In this document: positions 60,401 through 64,000 of the stretch, piece after piece | Layout of the letters: every line of letters starts with the position of its first letter | Numbering within the stretch: position 1 is the first letter of the stretch | Assembly (NCBI GenBank): GCA_964035545.1 | Contig: OZ037768.1 | Location: 19,017,700-19,081,699 of the forward strand | Origin: Bugula neritina | Taxonomy: Eukaryota > Animalia > Bryozoa | Length of the DNA stretch: 64,000 bases | Direction of reading: 5' to 3' | Notes under the pieces: generated by a model | Told to the model about the DNA's origin: nothing | Databases searched by the model: none | Seen by the model: the letters and a program-made list of their open reading frames with translations, nothing else | Position numbers and translations under genes: made by a program

Positions 60401-61568
60401 ATCACTTTTATTAATATTCTAGTGTTTCAAATCAGTCTTGTTATGAAAGTTAAAATGAAAATAAGATTTTGACTAACATTATGTTTTATATAAGTGCACT
60501 TATGGCTATAGGCATGTCGCTCCTTATAGTTATAATGTTAAGATTCTGTATCTAGATAAGGACCAGAGCAGTTTCCTGTAAGCAGATGACCATGATATCC
60601 CCATTGCCCCTCATCTTGTTTGCCTGCCGTTACATCAAAACAGTACCTAGCGATGACTCCCAAGCTGAGAACAAAGCTACTGTTGAATTGGATGGCTGGT
60701 GAGTAATTACTATTGTGATGGTAATATCAAACCCCATATATTATTTTATGCACTAGTGAATTGGTTTACTATTTCTAGTGTTGACCTTTATGTCTTACAG
60801 GATTCCATTGAATGCCCCTGTAGAGACATTAGCTGCCATAGCTGCACTGCGTCCCTCGATGGAAAGTCTTATTGGCAGGATATGTGAAGACCCGGAAACC
60901 GCCCAGGAGCCCTCTGAATCTGACCAGAACCTTCTTGCCATTGTGCGGGGTTTGTGTAAACCTGGTGCTGCTTCTGTAGGAGTGGAGAATGAACAGGATG
61001 CAGGGGCTGCTGGGTAAGTGCTCTCTACATAATCCTCACCTTACTCAGTTTCTGTGGGATTGCGTTTGTTTGTTTGTTTGTTTGTTTGTTTAGTTGCACA
61101 GTGTTGTTTTGTTGTAGTCAGCCCCCTAGATTAATGGGCATGATGAGGCCACCGAAGATGCCTCGGTTCTCGTATGGTGGAGGTAGAGGAGGATTTGGCA
61201 GCCCTCCCCAGTTTGGTAAGAGGGTAATTCTGTATAGAAATTTTAACATTGCTTTAATTTTCTTGTTTTTCGCAGTTGATAATTTATCAAACCATACGCT
61301 GCATACACTGCACTGTACTTTAACTTTGTTAGGTGCTGGAGAAGGTGGAGGTGTTGCCAGAGGTGGATACAGAGGGGATGGGGGATATAGAGGAAGAGGC
61401 GGATACAGAGGAGATGGTGGATACAGAGGGGATGGTGGATTTAGAGGGAGAGGTGGATATAGTGGAAGAGGTGGATATAGAGGGGGAGGAGGATACAGGG
61501 GTGGTGGTGGTTATGGGGGTAGAGGTGGATATGGAGGAAGAGGGGGATTCAGAGGTGGCTACTATTGA
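48419..61568 (+). CDS. DHX9: ATP-dependent RNA helicase A / maleless (two dsRBDs, DEIH helicase, HA2, OB fold, RGG tail), ~26 exons
   Basis: [15 protein letters not shown]; [17 protein letters not shown]; GGWTVENAK; [10 protein letters not shown] (~53519); DEIHERD (~54170); MSAT; [10 protein letters not shown]; [10 protein letters not shown]; C-terminal RGG repeats to TGA at 61568. Confidence 0.97.
50398..50628. mobile_element. Palindromic MITE-like inverted repeat in a DHX9 intron
   Basis: Perfect 18-bp IR aagggcaaggagtaaaga / tctttactccttgccctt plus an inner imperfect IR (gcagtgtatgatataaa...tagctg / cagcta...tttatatcttacactgc). Confidence 0.65.
53144..53352 (+). mobile_element. Tc1/mariner(pogo)-like MITE in a DHX9 intron
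   Basis: 22-bp TIR cagtgctccctc-n-gtatctcac with 1 mismatch, TA on the right flank; second copy at 34338-34544. Confidence 0.85.
59128..59482. mobile_element. PIF/Harbinger-like MITE in a DHX9 intron
   Basis: Imperfect TIR ggcctggccacacactcgt / acgagcgtgaggccaggcc, TTA TSD on both sides. Confidence 0.8.
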
Positions 61569-64000
61569 CAATTAATATTGTTGATTTCTTGTAAATAAAG
61601 TAATATAACTTGTAAAATAAAAGTATGAGAAATATACAAAACAAATTTATATTACATTAGTGGTTGCAATTCATCAGAAGGATGCTTTAGATATGATAAA
61701 ATATGATTCAATAGTATATTAGAAAGTGCAGTGTTATTTTTAATTTATGCTTCTTTCAATTTCATTAGCTGTGTGCATGCATGCATTTGTGTGTAATGGT
61801 GAAGTACAACCACATTGTGATCTTGAGGTTATAACAAATATAACATTATATTGCTACTGTGACAAGAGAGGATAACTAACAAGTATGCACTATGCAGGCA
61901 CATTTAGAAAAGCCAGCAAATCAAAGCCAACAGAACATCGTGAGCTTTCTAGTTTGAAGTAACACTCTGTATTAGTAGACTGGGAGGAGCATTTAGCAGG
62001 CCTGGGGCAGCCATGTTCTGGCTGACAAAGATATCCTACAGCGGCTGTCTGTAGGCAAAGTTTTACCACATCTCAGTAATGAGTGGTTTATAGTTTCACC
62101 ATCATTGCTACAGTTTGTGCTATTTACATAATGCAAGGTTCTGTTACAAAATCACTCTAATTTAGACTTTGTGTGTTTGGACTGATCCAAAGTTTTATCA
62201 TTTAAACTGTTCTTAGCCTCTTATTTCATTCTAGTTGTTGGATAGCTTAATTCACAATGCAATATATCTTGAATAATATTAAATAATATATTATAATGCC
62301 ATCAAAAAAGTTATTCAAGGAACATTTTGTATTTAAAACAATACTGGAATGCACATGATTCGAAAGTAGAAATATACACATGTCTTTACAAAATATCAAC
62401 AACAAAAAATTTGACGTGCTACTATTTTAGAATAGTGCAACTATTTATGAAAAATTAATTGCTTATGTTTAAAAAATATACAAGTAGGTATAAATGGAAT
62501 ACAATGACCACCTTGTTCAAAGTTATAGCAGGGCAATGAAGGGTGGAAGGTAGATGAAATGCCTGGTGTCTAAAAGTAATAATTTTATTTTTTCTGTTGA
62601 TATTAATTCAATTCACAGTTAGTCTTTGTTTCAAGTTATTTGGTTGACCTACCGATCGGGTGCACTTATATAATAAGCTTTTTCATTCCATCAGTATTGA
62701 CTCTTGTTTTTAGGCAGCTGAATTAGCACCAGTTTGTAGCAATTGTTCTTCTTAATTTTCGTGTAAACTGAAACAATAGAAGAAAGAAGTCGGACTCTTT
62801 GAAACAAATCTATCAGAAAGATTTGCTAAAGCTTCAAGTCATATATGTATATATTCACTGAGCCACTGATATGCTGCCTGCTAAACCACAGGCAGCTCTT
62901 TGATAATGAAATGCAGTTTGATTTGATAGCTGAGCTATTAATTGTAAAATAATACCTCAACAAAGCTTGTAACAAAATTCAAAGTTTATATAAAAAACAA
63001 ATTGATAGAAAAGATGTTGGCTAGCAGCAGCGTGCACGATTTCAAACAAAGAAACGGTCTCCTTTGGAACGCAACGCTGGGTGAGTACAGTTCAACCAAG
63101 GACTTGTAACCTACCACACGCAGATTAGTCAGCTTCTTTTACCTGCTCATAAGTTGACATCTCCTTTCAGTGATTCTATTCTGTCTTCTGAATAAATGCC
63201 GTAATGAATACTGTTGCTGGACGCCTAGTCTTTAAAATAGGTAAAGCTGAATCAAAGTTGTCTGCTCAACAAATACGTTGCAGCTTTTTTAATAATTGTT
63301 CCATGTGCCAATTTTACATTTTTACTTTATAAATAACCTAATTGGCGTTTTAGTCTGAGTCTAAAAATCTAAAAGTAGGTAATACTCTTAGTGCAAAAGT
63401 ATAATGTGGCATATTTATATGCCGCTGTACCAATTCTATAAATGATTTTATATGTACTTGAGATTTTAGTCTGTCTTGAAGTAATGGCCTACTCTTAGTG
63501 TAAAAGTATATTGTGCCATTTTTGTAAACTGATGTTTTTACTCGGTGTACCATGTACTCTAATATGTTATCCAGAATTTTGGGGTACTACTATAGTTATA
63601 TTATTAGGAAGTGTATATGCTAAGCTCTATTGCATCTGTATATTTTTTGAAGGAGATATACATAAAACACTATTTAAAAGGTTATACCCATCGAAGGCTA
63701 TTTGAACTAGCCATTCAAACTTATTGGATTGTATTAGAGCATGTATTGTATTGTTTGCTATAATCATTCAATGTGTTGAATTGTAATTATCTAAAGTAAA
63801 TAGCAACGCTGCAGCTCAGTTTCCTAACTAATTCCAAGTTTGTAACTCTATAACTACTACAAGTGTTTCCTAGAACTGCAGCTGTGTACACTTCACAATG
63901 TGACTAGGTGCAGTATAACTGAAAAATTGAGAAAAGTCTGCGTTCTAGATTAGAAATGTAGCAAACAAAGTTATGTTCTAAGAAAAATTTCAACCTGCAC

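Noticed and set aside
61329-61575. Ser-rich and Glu-rich ORFs
   Set aside because: Alternate frames of the DHX9 RGG-repeat exon
61900-64000. Possible gene or pseudogene fragments after DHX9
   Set aside because: Some splice-like signals and short ORFs, but no consistent frame or recognisable motif

Overview
This is AT-rich, intron-containing animal (invertebrate-like) genomic DNA, not prokaryotic. From left to right it holds: a frameshifted histone H2B pseudogene; a multi-exon minus-strand gene (~2354-11643) that splices in frame into an LRR-Roc-COR (ROCO) GTPase fused to a C-terminal caspase (C14) domain; and two young, full-length Ty3/Gypsy LTR retrotransposons lying tail-to-tail (14593-22037 +, 22276-29562 -). 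The first element carries a third ORF in the env position that encodes a zinc-finger/coiled-coil protein. Further right are a tousled-like kinase gene (-) and a signal-peptide-bearing EndoU ribonuclease gene (-) head-to-head with DHX9/RNA helicase A (+). MITEs, a LINE fragment and minisatellites are scattered throughout. The best candidate for an undescribed system is the LRR-Roc-COR-caspase fusion, followed by the Gypsy accessory ORF3. A recurring oddity is tandem duplication of the 3' splice site in three different genes. All exon models were built by hand from GT-AG sites and reading phase; no database search was run.
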